Source: a virus
Virus record (IMG/VR): IMGVR_UViG_3300003316_000080
Coordinates: 3,483 to 67,482 of that record
DNA: 64,000 nucleotides
Strand: one strand, 5' to 3'
The notes beneath the pieces are model-generated. The model searched no databases, was not told where the DNA came from, and saw only the letters and a program-made list of their open reading frames with translations. A program made the translations under genes and the position numbers. The first letter of the stretch is position 1; each line of letters begins with the position of its first letter. Shown here piece by piece: positions 53,661 to 62,312 of the stretch.

Positions 53661-55745
53661 ATGGCGACCAATGAATTTCTGCCCTTTGCCACAGACGCTG
53701 GCGCCGAGGTTGATACTCAGGCTGTGTGGGCTTCTCCTAGTGGTTACCGCCCGGTAGGTTATGGACCTGGGATTCTGACGAAAGAAAAGCTGAACAAGGC
53801 TCTTCGTCAGAGCACCTCTATCGCCTCTGCCGTCGCTCAATTGATGGCAGAGAACCTGCCCAGTGAAGACATCCTGGATAACGGTGACATCAACACGTTG
53901 GTGGACCAACTCTCGCGGGCTGTGATCACCGGTACATTCCTGAGTGGCACTGCCAGCACGCAGGGCTCGAACGCCGTTGGCACGCGTCAGAACTTGGCAG
54001 GGGCTGTCGATCGCACACAACATGAAAAGAACGCCGACTTCATCAGCGTGAAGGATTTCGGTGCTGTTGGTGACGGTGTGCACGATGACACGACGGCTTG
54101 CGTGGCCGCAGCCACGGCCGCTCTTGCAGTTGGAGCGGGTCTGTATTTTCCAGACGGCCGCTATTACATCAACGGACTTTTCAGTGTCCCGAACAAAGTA
54201 TCTTTGTATGGGTCTGGTAAGACTACCAGCGAGATCCAGTTCGGTTCCTCTGGAAGCCTTCGTGTGGTCGGCACATCACCCAGCTACGTGGGGCGTTTGT
54301 CTATCAGTCGACTAGGCTTGACCAATCAGGGCGCGGGTTCCCCCTTCGGCATTCAGTTCACGTATGCGACTCGCATCACGATGTACGACTGTGTCGTCTA
54401 TAACACCAGCATTCAACTGTCTGCGTTCTCGTACATCACCTTTGAAAACTGTGACCTGTTTGGTGGCAGCATTCAAGGCGACCACCCCACAGTCAACGAG
54501 ATCAGTGAAGCACTGAAGATCATCGGCTGCAACGGCAGCAACTTTGCGATTAACGTGAAGGACACTGCCGACGTTCTCGTGTCACGTACACATCTGCTTG
54601 GGCCCACCTCACAGATCATGATCCAGCGTGGCGAGCAAAACAGCGCGTTTTACCCACCTGTACAGATTGCCAATTGCATTGTGGATTCTGGTGATGATGA
54701 AGGCATTTATCTGATTGGCGTTGCGCCAAGAATTTCGGATACCTTCGTCAGCAGTGGTCGCACCAACCTGAAGTCAGGTGTGCGCTTGAATGATTGCATT
54801 GAAGGCAGCTTGATCGGTGTTACGGCGCGCTTTTGCGGCAATCATGGTCTGCATGTTGGCTTCAGCAAGCAGATCAAGGTTTTGGGGGGCCATTTTGACG
54901 ACAACAAGGTGTCGGGTGTGCGTATCGGTGATTCGTCAGATCTGACTTTCATCGGCAATACGATGATGAACCAGCCATCGTGGTTCGGTGGTAGCTACCC
55001 ACAGGTAAACGGCATCACGGATGAGCCCTCGAACTGCACGAACATCACATGCATCGGAAATCAGACGGTGGGCAACACGAGTGCTCAGGTGTACCTGCCG
55101 TCTGCTACCAACATCATCCACAGCAACGTCGGATACAACGAAGGTCGCCTGACCTGTGATAGCTGGCGCAACAACACGGACAATGCGGCGTCTCTTGGGA
55201 CTGCCGGCGCTAGATACACCGTGGTGCATGCGGTCAGTGGCACCATCAACACGTCAGATGCCAATGAAAAGCAGGATATCGAAGATATTCCTGTGGAGTG
55301 GTTAGAGGCATGGTCCTCCGTAAGGCGTGTGCGCTTCAAATGGAAGGACGCTGTGCAGAAGAAAGGCACCGGTGCCCGTTGGCACATCGGTCTGATTGCA
55401 CAAGAGATCTGGGAGGCTTTCGCCGCTCGCGGTATCGACGCGTTCGAGATTGGTCTTCTGTGTTATGACGCGTTCGAAGAAGTACCAGAGCGCACGGTGG
55501 AAGTGCCTGAAATCCCGGCACTCGTCATCGAGCACCCAGAAGTTCCTGAAGTGCTGGATGAAGACGGCCGTGTCATACAAGAATACAAGCCAGGATGGCA
55601 CGAAGTGGTCGAAGAAGCGCAGCCAAGCCGTGTAGTAGTCGTCCAGGAGTACAAGCCTGCTGGTGGTCGCTATGGTGTGCGTTACGAAGAGGCTGAGGCA
55701 CTAGAGGCCGCTTGGGTTCGCTGGAAATTGGAATCTCTTCAGTAA
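53661..55745 (+). CDS. tailspike: pectate-lyase-like beta-helix with C-terminal S74-type intramolecular chaperone
   Basis: KDFGAVGDGVHDDTTA (pectate-lyase-superfamily start), repetitive beta-helix region, C-terminal SDANEKQDIEDI...WHIGLIAQEI. Confidence 0.65.
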   Translation: MATNEFLPFATDAGAEVDTQAVWASPSGYRPVGYGPGILTKEKLNKALRQSTSIASAVAQLMAENLPSEDILDNGDINTLVDQLSRAVITGTFLSGTASTQGSNAVGTRQNLAGAVDRTQHEKNADFISVKDFGAVGDGVHDDTTACVAAATAALAVGAGLYFPDGRYYINGLFSVPNKVSLYGSGKTTSEIQFGSSGSLRVVGTSPSYVGRLSISRLGLTNQGAGSPFGIQFTYATRITMYDCVVYNTSIQLSAFSYITFENCDLFGGSIQGDHPTVNEISEALKIIGCNGSNFAINVKDTADVLVSRTHLLGPTSQIMIQRGEQNSAFYPPVQIANCIVDSGDDEGIYLIGVAPRISDTFVSSGRTNLKSGVRLNDCIEGSLIGVTARFCGNHGLHVGFSKQIKVLGGHFDDNKVSGVRIGDSSDLTFIGNTMMNQPSWFGGSYPQVNGITDEPSNCTNITCIGNQTVGNTSAQVYLPSATNIIHSNVGYNEGRLTCDSWRNNTDNAASLGTAGARYTVVHAVSGTINTSDANEKQDIEDIPVEWLEAWSSVRRVRFKWKDAVQKKGTGARWHIGLIAQEIWEAFAARGIDAFEIGLLCYDAFEEVPERTVEVPEIPALVIEHPEVPEVLDEDGRVIQEYKPGWHEVVEEAQPSRVVVVQEYKPAGGRYGVRYEEAEALEAAWVRWKLESLQ

Positions 55746-55782
55746 ACTTCTTACTGGGCCGCTGAAGTGGCGGCCTTTACAC
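55740..55782 (+). terminator. palindromic motif plus terminator hairpin after late operon
   Basis: CAGTAAACTTCTTACTG overlapping stop codon, then GGCCGC...GCGGCC hairpin and TTTACAC. Confidence 0.45.
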
Positions 55783-55793
55783 AAAGGGCGGAC

Positions 55794-56153
55794 ATGAGCC
55801 ATAACAGCTTGGAGGAGCCTTTCCGTTTGGGCAATGTGCCTGACGGACTGGCTTCTGGGGAGGCCAAGATCCTTGCGCAGATGATCATTGCCGTTGATCG
55901 TCGGTGCGAGCAGACGCACGAGGATCTGCCCGACATGATCTCAACCGCAGTGGCACGGCACCTGGAGGAGCGTGCATTGACGCCGGAGCAGCGGCAGTTC
56001 CTGCTGATGCTGATCAAGCGTGAAGAGCGACGCGATGCCCTGCGCAAGGCAGTGATCGAAAAGACGGTGACGGGTCTAATGTGGTCCCTCGTCGTGGCTG
56101 CAGGCGTCATCCTGCGGGAGTGGTTTCAATCTCACATGGGGAAGACGCCGTGA
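55794..56153 (+). CDS. putative holin
   Basis: Small protein with C-terminal TM helix, directly upstream of lysozyme. Confidence 0.4.
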   Translation: MSHNSLEEPFRLGNVPDGLASGEAKILAQMIIAVDRRCEQTHEDLPDMISTAVARHLEERALTPEQRQFLLMLIKREERRDALRKAVIEKTVTGLMWSLVVAAGVILREWFQSHMGKTP

Positions 56154-56938
56154 GCAAACTCGACGATGCCATCGCGCGACTGAATGCGCGGAACTTCAAC
56201 TGGCCCATTCCCTGGGAGGTCGTCGAGACGATGGCCCGCAAGGAGAACTGCTTTCTGGTCGCGTATCTGTGCCCTGCCGGCGTGTGGACGTGCGGCTGGG
56301 GCGAGACAGAAGGTGTGACGGCTTCGACGCGCTGGACGGCTGATCAAGCTGACCAGCGCTTCTTCGATTCCGTCAGCAAGTTCGCGGCCAAGGTGGAAGC
56401 GCTGTGTGCCGACGCACCTACCACACCGAACCAGCTGGGCGCCATGACCTCACTAGCGTACAACATTGGACTGGCCGGCTTCAGCACCTCGTCTGTGCTG
56501 AAGGCCCACAAGCGTGGAGAGAGTGCTGCTGCGGCCCGCGCCTTCTCCCTGTGGAACAAGATGCGTGTGGGCGGCAAGGGTCCGCTGGTGGAAGCTCGGG
56601 GCCTGACGGCCCGGCGCGCCATGGAAGCGGCGTTGTACCTCAAGCCCGAAGATGAAGCACCGGCCGAACTGACCAGTCAAGCCGTTGCTGACGAGAGCAA
56701 GCTGACAGCCTCGCCGATCAGCCAAGCCGGTGCTGCCACGGCGGCCACAGGTGTCGCGGCGACGCTGGCCTCCGTGAACGATCAGGCATCGACGGTGCAG
56801 ACGCTGACGTCGACGGTTGCCGGTATCGCGACGTCGATCGGTGTCCAGCCTGGGGTGCTGCTGGGCGCGGTGCTGGTGGGTGCCGGCGCTGTCACGTTGT
56901 ACTGGCGCTACCAGCAGCGCAAGGGTGGCTGGGCGTGA
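56150..56938 (+). CDS. endolysin, lysozyme-like with C-terminal membrane anchor
   Basis: GTGA overlap; GVWTCGWGETEGVT lysozyme catalytic motif; C-terminal hydrophobic helix. Confidence 0.7.
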   Translation: MSKLDDAIARLNARNFNWPIPWEVVETMARKENCFLVAYLCPAGVWTCGWGETEGVTASTRWTADQADQRFFDSVSKFAAKVEALCADAPTTPNQLGAMTSLAYNIGLAGFSTSSVLKAHKRGESAAAARAFSLWNKMRVGGKGPLVEARGLTARRAMEAALYLKPEDEAPAELTSQAVADESKLTASPISQAGAATAATGVAATLASVNDQASTVQTLTSTVAGIATSIGVQPGVLLGAVLVGAGAVTLYWRYQQRKGGWA

Positions 56939-57450
56939 TCTCAGCGCTTCTTTGGCTTGGCGGCCGTGCACTGAAGGTGTTGGGAAGCATCCCTGTGTGG
57001 GCGTACGCTGCGGCGGCACTCTTTGCCTGGGGTGCTTACGGCCACCACAAGGCTACGAGCGCCAAGCTGGAGGCCGTTCAGCAGGAAGCGCGGGCCGAAG
57101 CCAAGTTGCGTGAGCAGCAGGAGAGCAACAGAAATGACGAGTGGACACGGAACGAATCGAATCGACTCATCGCTGCCAGTCTGGCAAAAGCAAGGGAGCA
57201 TAGTCGGGCTGTTGAGCGTGATGCTGCTGGCCGGATGCGGGCACTTGCCGCAGCCTGGGCAGCAAGTGCAGCCAGTGCGGGTGCCGCCTCCTGCGCCGCA
57301 GCTGATGGAACCCCCGCCGTCGCAGTCCTTCGTGACGACGTTAGAGAAGTGCTTGTCAGCAACGCGGCCGTCGCGGACGGATTGCGAGATCAAGTGAAGG
57401 GTCTGCAGGACTACGTCACCAACGTATGCCGGCCCGCCAGCGCTCCTTAG
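56935..57450 (+). CDS. i-spanin (Rz-like)
   Basis: N-terminal TM, Ala/Glu/Arg-rich coiled coil; after endolysin. Confidence 0.55.
   Translation: MISALLWLGGRALKVLGSIPVWAYAAAALFAWGAYGHHKATSAKLEAVQQEARAEAKLREQQESNRNDEWTRNESNRLIAASLAKAREHSRAVERDAAGRMRALAAAWAASAASAGAASCAAADGTPAVAVLRDDVREVLVSNAAVADGLRDQVKGLQDYVTNVCRPASAP
57134..57397 (+). CDS. o-spanin (Rz1-like lipoprotein) embedded in i-spanin gene, +1 frame
   Basis: Lipobox LLAGC after hydrophobic segment; Pro-rich mature region; entirely within 56935..57450. Confidence 0.45.
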   Translation: MTSGHGTNRIDSSLPVWQKQGSIVGLLSVMLLAGCGHLPQPGQQVQPVRVPPPAPQLMEPPPSQSFVTTLEKCLSATRPSRTDCEIK

Positions 57451-58061
57451 TACCAGCCCTCCAGGCCGAGTCGAGTTCGCTGCTCACTCGGTAGACGCGC
57501 CTGCCCATCGGTGTAGTCGCGCAGCAGCTCCCGGGCCCGCGACAGATCGACCAGATCCTTTTCCGTGCTCAGGATCTCAGTCTGCTTGCCTTCAATCTTC
57601 TGTTGTATCAGGCCGCCGATCACGTTCTCGCCTGTCTCCTTGAGAAACCGCACAGACGACGCCTTGCGTGTCAGAAACGCGAGATCTTGTTGCAGATGCC
57701 TGATGGCTCGCTGGACCTGCGTGATGCGGTCAGCGATCACGATGTCCGTTGACTCGATCACGTCCATCAGGCCGGGCGCGTTCATGTTGGCCGTCAGCAC
57801 AGCACTGACAGCGTTCAGCATCACCTCGCGAGCATCAGTGTCCTTGTCGACCTGCTCGATGCGCTTTTCTTCATCCCATAGTCGGCGCTTCTCCGCGTCG
57901 AGCAGGATGCGCGCTGCCTCGTTGATCTGAACCATCACGGCCGGGTCGCCGCCGCGATCCGGGTGATTGTCCCAAGCGAACTTGCGCCGGGCCTTCTTGA
58001 TGTCGTCCAGGCTGCAATTCTTGTCGAGTTGCAGGATGCGATAAGGGTCGAAGTTGTCCAT
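57447..58061 (-). CDS. J-domain (DnaJ-like) protein
   Basis: DPYRILQL...ARRKFAWDNHPDRGGD with HPD tripeptide. Confidence 0.75.
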   Translation of the reverse strand: MDNFDPYRILQLDKNCSLDDIKKARRKFAWDNHPDRGGDPAVMVQINEAARILLDAEKRRLWDEEKRIEQVDKDTDAREVMLNAVSAVLTANMNAPGLMDVIESTDIVIADRITQVQRAIRHLQQDLAFLTRKASSVRFLKETGENVIGGLIQQKIEGKQTEILSTEKDLVDLSRARELLRDYTDGQARLPSEQRTRLGLEGWY

Positions 58062-58063
58062 GT

Positions 58064-58480
58064 TCAGCTTCCGTAGTTCTTGATCAGATAGTCACGCAGC
58101 GCTTCATAGCCGGCCATCCACTGGCCGTCCGCGCATGCATCCCGATTGCTCTTCAGGAATTCTTGTGCCGTGGGGATGTGTGCTGGGATCGTCATGGTGC
58201 GCGGCATGTTCTGGGAATAGCCCGTGCCGGACACAGACCCTAGGCCAACTACGGCCTTGCGCATAGGCACGCCCTTGGAGTCTTTGCTGGAGGACCCGTC
58301 TTCGATCATCCAGTGTCCCGTTGCTTTGGGCACGTTGTCGCGGGCCCATTTCCAGCCGTTAAGCCAGGATTGGCGTTGCCCGTCAAAGAAACGATCAAAT
58401 CTTGACGGTGGTGCCTCATGAATGCCCTTGCCAGCCCGATAGGCGTCCACGCCCTGCTGCCACAAACTGATGCTGTTCAT
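58064..58480 (-). CDS. hypothetical protein (paralog pair, long member)
   Basis: Shares WQ.G.DA.R.G.G..AP...W.NGW.WA N-terminal pattern with 58477..58677. Confidence 0.5.
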   Translation of the reverse strand: MNSISLWQQGVDAYRAGKGIHEAPPSRFDRFFDGQRQSWLNGWKWARDNVPKATGHWMIEDGSSSKDSKGVPMRKAVVGLGSVSGTGYSQNMPRTMTIPAHIPTAQEFLKSNRDACADGQWMAGYEALRDYLIKNYGS

Positions 58481-58677
58481 GTCTCTTCCCTCAGTTGCCG
58501 CCGCTCACGCAGTTGATGCCGGCGCTTGCGTGCTTGTTGTGATTCCGCCCACAGCCAGCCGTTGGTCCACGACCAGCTAGGTCGTCCGTCTTGCTCCCGT
58601 GGGGCATCACCACGCCCTTCCCCACGCCGGAAGGCATCACAGCCCTCCTGCCAACGAGAGACGAAACGATTCACCAT
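58477..58677 (-). CDS. hypothetical protein (paralog pair, short member)
   Basis: ATGA overlap; paralogous N-terminal motif. Confidence 0.45.
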   Translation of the reverse strand: MVNRFVSRWQEGCDAFRRGEGRGDAPREQDGRPSWSWTNGWLWAESQQARKRRHQLRERRQLREET

Positions 58678-59141
58678 GACTTCGGCGGCGGGATAGGGGT
58701 GTCGTCGTCCAAGGGCACAAAGAACCTGACCGCCGCTGGATTCGTTGCTTTGTGGAAAGCTGCTGACATTTCTTTCTGAAGTTGATGCTCGAAGTTCTTG
58801 ACCTCGTCATTCGCTTCCCGCGCCACGCTCTCAGGATCGAGCAGCATGCGAAGTTGTTGGTAGTGGCTGGAGTGGCGGATCACAGACGAGTCGTACATCA
58901 GGTCACGGGCACGGTTCAGGCGCGCTTGCAGTTCCACGTTGGCGTGGCGCAGCTTGCCTGATTCATGTGCTTCCGCCAGCCGCAGAGAGCGGCACTCAGC
59001 GTGGTGCGTGCGCTCCGTGTCCAGATCCGCCTGCACGATCGCGACTTGATCCTTCGCACACATCCAGCCTATGAACAGACCCACGATTGCCCCGAAAAGC
59101 ATGAGGGTCACCATCGCTCCACCGATCATCCAGTCCGACAT
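58671..59141 (-). CDS. membrane-anchored coiled-coil protein
   Basis: GGAGCAA RBS; N-terminal TM IGGAMVTLMLFGAIVGLFIGWM then helical region. Confidence 0.5.
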   Translation of the reverse strand: MSDWMIGGAMVTLMLFGAIVGLFIGWMCAKDQVAIVQADLDTERTHHAECRSLRLAEAHESGKLRHANVELQARLNRARDLMYDSSVIRHSSHYQQLRMLLDPESVAREANDEVKNFEHQLQKEMSAAFHKATNPAAVRFFVPLDDDTPIPPPKSW

Positions 59142-59169
59142 GTTGTTGCTCCAATGAGAAAGGGTGCAG

Positions 59170-59217
59170 AGATTATATACAAACCTCTGCACCCTCTACA
59201 AGAAACTTTTTACTGGT
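59170..59217 (-). promoter_or_regulatory. conserved leftward promoter element (copy 2 of 3)
   Basis: Minus strand: CAGTAAAAAGTTTCT, then TTGTAG-N18-TATAAT; overlaps the stop of 59217..59666. Confidence 0.5.
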
Positions 59218-59666
59218 CAGCGCAGGAACAGCACATCTCGTAGATACCTCATGACGTGTTCCTGTATCACATCGTTGTAGCAGTCCAGCACCACGTGTGA
59301 AAAGCGCAGGCCACGCAGCATGGCGAGATCTTCCAGGCGATCGAAGGCGAAGGCCATCATGACGTTGGTCAGGTCGCTCTTCCGAGTCACGATGATCGGG
59401 TTGCTGTTGCGGTTGAAGCTAAAGCCCTCCCCGGCCAGTAGTCCCGTCGCGACCATACGACGCAGGTGCTGCTTGCCTTGGATCAGGAGCAGCATTTGCT
59501 CAGGCTCCGCGTGCCTCTTGGTCTGTTGCTCCAGAGCCTTCGCCGCCCTTTCCAGCGCCTGGGCGGCTGCTTCCTTGTTGCCGACGGCGAGGTCATCGGA
59601 AAGGATGCCGACGGCCAGTGCTCGAACGAGTTCCGCGTCGGTCACTTGGTTCTTCGCTTCAGTCAT
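59217..59666 (-). CDS. hypothetical protein
   Basis: Leftward gene. Confidence 0.5.
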   Translation of the reverse strand: MTEAKNQVTDAELVRALAVGILSDDLAVGNKEAAAQALERAAKALEQQTKRHAEPEQMLLLIQGKQHLRRMVATGLLAGEGFSFNRNSNPIIVTRKSDLTNVMMAFAFDRLEDLAMLRGLRFSHVVLDCYNDVIQEHVMRYLRDVLFLR

Positions 59667-59893
59667 GTCTTGATCTCCATATGATGCAGTTGGTTGTTGA
59701 TGTCCTGAAGCTCTTGCTTGATGCGAGCGATCTTCTCTCTGGTGCGCGTGGCTTCATCAGTAGACCACCCGAGGGTGCGCATGCGATCACACGCCTTCTG
59801 CAGGGCCTGGAGATCCAAGGCCCGGTGAATGTCCGATCGGATGGACGCGTGGCGCTGTAGTTCAAGCGCACTCAGTTGCTGGATCTTGCTCAT
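59663..59893 (-). CDS. hypothetical protein
   Basis: GGAAGGAAA RBS; ATGA overlap downstream. Confidence 0.45.
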   Translation of the reverse strand: MSKIQQLSALELQRHASIRSDIHRALDLQALQKACDRMRTLGWSTDEATRTREKIARIKQELQDINNQLHHMEIKT

Positions 59894-60011
59894 TGCTTTC
59901 CTTCCGATTTGATGATGACCCACAGCACAACGATGCTGCCCAACAGAATCACCCACGACATATAGCTCTCCAGGCGTATGCGAAAGGAGGCGCACAGACC
60001 TCCTTGATGCA

Positions 60012-60812
60012 TCAGCCCATGAACGGCTCCGGCTGCGACATCACCTCCCGATGACGACGCACGTGCTCTTCCAGGACCGCCAGCATGTTGGGAGCGATGT
60101 AGTTCACACCCTTGATCCACTTGCCGTCAGGTGTCTTGTCGATCTTGCCGGTCGCCGGGTTCGCCTTGGAGGCGTTTCCGCGATTGGCTTCGACGAAGGC
60201 TTCGCGCCCAGGCACACCGGCCGCGAGAGAGAAGCCAGCTGTGACCACGGCAACGTCAGCGGCGCCGTCGATGATCTCTTTGAACATGGACAGAGGCGGG
60301 ACCGTACTCCAATGGTCGGACACGCTTTCCAGCAGTTTGCGGATCTTCTTGGATTGATAGCCCATGTTCGATCGAACTTGCTCAATCGAGATCACTGCAT
60401 CTCGCAGGGCCGGTGCTTCGTTTCCACACCTCGACGCCAGGATTGCCACCAGCGCTTCACCCAGTTCACTGGCTTCTTCCAGGATCAGTGCGTAGTACAT
60501 CAGCGCACCCTTGTTGATCTCCGGCAGGTACGGCAGCTTCTGATCGGACGCAGCCATCAGGTGGCGCTGCAGAGCCCAGATGTCGACGCAGCCCAGCTTG
60601 TCGGCCGCCTTGCGCTCTTCCGGCTGCATAGTCTTCTTGGCTTCGTGCCACCAGTAGGCCAGCAGCGCCGTTGCGAACACACTCGCAATCAGAAGCACGG
60701 TCAATTCCGTGTTCCAGCCGTTGGCGTAGGCAGCGTCTAGTCCACGCACGATCTGCGTGACGCTGAACACGATGAGGACCAAGAACAGGTCCGCGAGGTT
60801 GAATCGTTTCAT
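60012..60812 (-). CDS. membrane-anchored protein, possible MazG-like NTP pyrophosphohydrolase domain
   Basis: GGAG RBS; two N-terminal TM helices; YYALILEEASELGEALVAI weakly MazG-like. Confidence 0.4.
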   Translation of the reverse strand: MKRFNLADLFLVLIVFSVTQIVRGLDAAYANGWNTELTVLLIASVFATALLAYWWHEAKKTMQPEERKAADKLGCVDIWALQRHLMAASDQKLPYLPEINKGALMYYALILEEASELGEALVAILASRCGNEAPALRDAVISIEQVRSNMGYQSKKIRKLLESVSDHWSTVPPLSMFKEIIDGAADVAVVTAGFSLAAGVPGREAFVEANRGNASKANPATGKIDKTPDGKWIKGVNYIAPNMLAVLEEHVRRHREVMSQPEPFMG

Positions 60813-60841
60813 GTTTTCTCCAGTGTGGTTCGTGTGGTGGC

Positions 60842-60958
60842 TCAGGTCGGCTGCGTGTGCTTGTACAGCGTCAGTCCGAAGACCTTGACGCGAGTCACGA
60901 GCAGATTCATGTGTGTGGCCGTTGCCGTGCGCTCGTAGGTGGTGACGACGTGGATCAT
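60842..60958 (-). CDS. hypothetical small protein (38 aa)
   Basis: GGAG RBS then ATG. Confidence 0.25.
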   Translation of the reverse strand: MIHVVTTYERTATATHMNLLVTRVKVFGLTLYKHTQPT

Positions 60959-60999
60959 GGAAAACTCCAAAGTGGTTGGGGTGGCGGGAAGATATACAG

Positions 61000-61347
61000 T
61001 CAGCGACGACCAAACGGATTGCGCTCGCGCTTCCACTGGGCCTTCTGTTTGCGCGGCTTGGCAGGTCCGTGGTTGTCCAGTTCTTCCGTATAACCTACGG
61101 ACACAGGCATGGTTTCCATTTGCGCCAGCAGGTGTCTCTCTATGTCGGAATAGTCCACCTCCCCCAATTGAGTTCGCTGCTGTTCACGCGAGGACTCTTG
61201 CCGGCTGCGCATGATCGCGTCCAGAGTGGTGACGACCCGTCCTGTGACCGTCCTCACTACTAGTGTGATTGCTTTTCCTGTTGGAGGCGGTATGTCTCGC
61301 CCAAGGCCAACCGGCGCGTTTCGGCCCTTGTCGTCTTCAGTGTTCAT
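61000..61347 (-). CDS. hypothetical protein
   Basis: Leftward operon member. Confidence 0.4.
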   Translation of the reverse strand: MNTEDDKGRNAPVGLGRDIPPPTGKAITLVVRTVTGRVVTTLDAIMRSRQESSREQQRTQLGEVDYSDIERHLLAQMETMPVSVGYTEELDNHGPAKPRKQKAQWKRERNPFGRR

Positions 61348-61348
61348 G

Positions 61349-61618
61349 TCAGATCCCGTATGCACGCCGGAAGTGCTCCAGGTCCTGGAACTTCTCCCGC
61401 AGGCTGTAGCAGTCGCGCAGATAGGGATCCGGTCCAGCCGATTCCATCGGAACCATGATGTGCACACGAATACGCCCGGAAGAAGACACGCGCACTTCAG
61501 GGCTCAGATAAGCATGCACACAGGGACGTATCACTTCCAGGCTTGCCGGCTCGTAGGGAGCGCCTGAGATGGACTCCGAAATGTCCAGAGCTTCTTCTGC
61601 GGTCAGGATACGTTCCAT
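61349..61618 (-). CDS. hypothetical protein
   Basis: AGAGGA RBS. Confidence 0.4.
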   Translation of the reverse strand: MERILTAEEALDISESISGAPYEPASLEVIRPCVHAYLSPEVRVSSSGRIRVHIMVPMESAGPDPYLRDCYSLREKFQDLEHFRRAYGI

Positions 61619-61677
61619 GTTGTCCTCTTTTGGTAACTCCACTCGCCAGCGCCTCGCGAGGCGCTGCGCGGCTGGGG

Positions 61678-61911
61678 TCAGGCGGCCCGGATGAGGCGGT
61701 AGGCTCGCGCGAAGTCGCCTAGGGTCTCGTATTCCTCGACCGTTCGACCATTGATGCTCACGCCGTAGGTGCCGCCGTCATATGCGGTAAACGACTGGTT
61801 GCCCGGCAGATGGATGGCGTGGTGCAGCCTCGCCTCAACGGCGGCCAGTGCCACCATGGCCTTGTAGATGGCTCGTGCGTCAGACTTTGCTAATGCGGCG
61901 GGCTTGCTCAT
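61678..61911 (-). CDS. hypothetical protein
   Basis: Leftward operon member. Confidence 0.45.
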   Translation of the reverse strand: MSKPAALAKSDARAIYKAMVALAAVEARLHHAIHLPGNQSFTAYDGGTYGVSINGRTVEEYETLGDFARAYRLIRAA

Positions 61912-62114
61912 GCTGCGCGCTCCACGTTGGCATAGCCGCAGGCCTGACGAATCCCGCGAGCGATGGCGCAGGCTTCGCGATAGGTCATGGGGCTTGAAGG
62001 CTTTAGCTCTTCACCGCGATTCCAGGCAGACATGACAACCCAGGAGCGGGGCTTTCCGGTCGAAGCTGCAACAGCGTTGATGAACTGCTGCGCCGTCTTG
62101 TTGGTCTTGCTCAT
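61908..62114 (-). CDS. hypothetical protein
   Basis: AGGAGCAG RBS; first gene after promoter element. Confidence 0.45.
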   Translation of the reverse strand: MSKTNKTAQQFINAVAASTGKPRSWVVMSAWNRGEELKPSSPMTYREACAIARGIRQACGYANVERAA

Positions 62115-62155
62115 GTCGTCTGCTCCTGTTGCTGCGCCGGGGTGGCGCGTCGATG

Positions 62156-62213
62156 CGGAGATTGTATATAAACTCTGCACCGTTGCAAGCACTTTCCAGA
62201 AACTTTTTACTGG
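62156..62213 (-). promoter_or_regulatory. conserved leftward promoter element (copy 3 of 3)
   Basis: Minus strand: CAGTAAAAAGTTTCT, then TTGCAA-N16-TACAAT. Confidence 0.5.
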
Positions 62214-62230
62214 TGAAAACGCACAGACAG

Positions 62231-62270
62231 AAAAAAGCCCCGTGGCGTTGCGGGCACCACGGGGCAAAAC
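62231..62270 (-). terminator. rho-independent terminator for ParB-like gene
   Basis: Minus strand: GCCCCGTGG...CCACGGGGC hairpin followed by TTTTTT. Confidence 0.55.
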
Positions 62271-62312
62271 GACGGGCCAGTGACGGAGGGGAGGTGGGGC
62301 CCGTCGGTCGGA

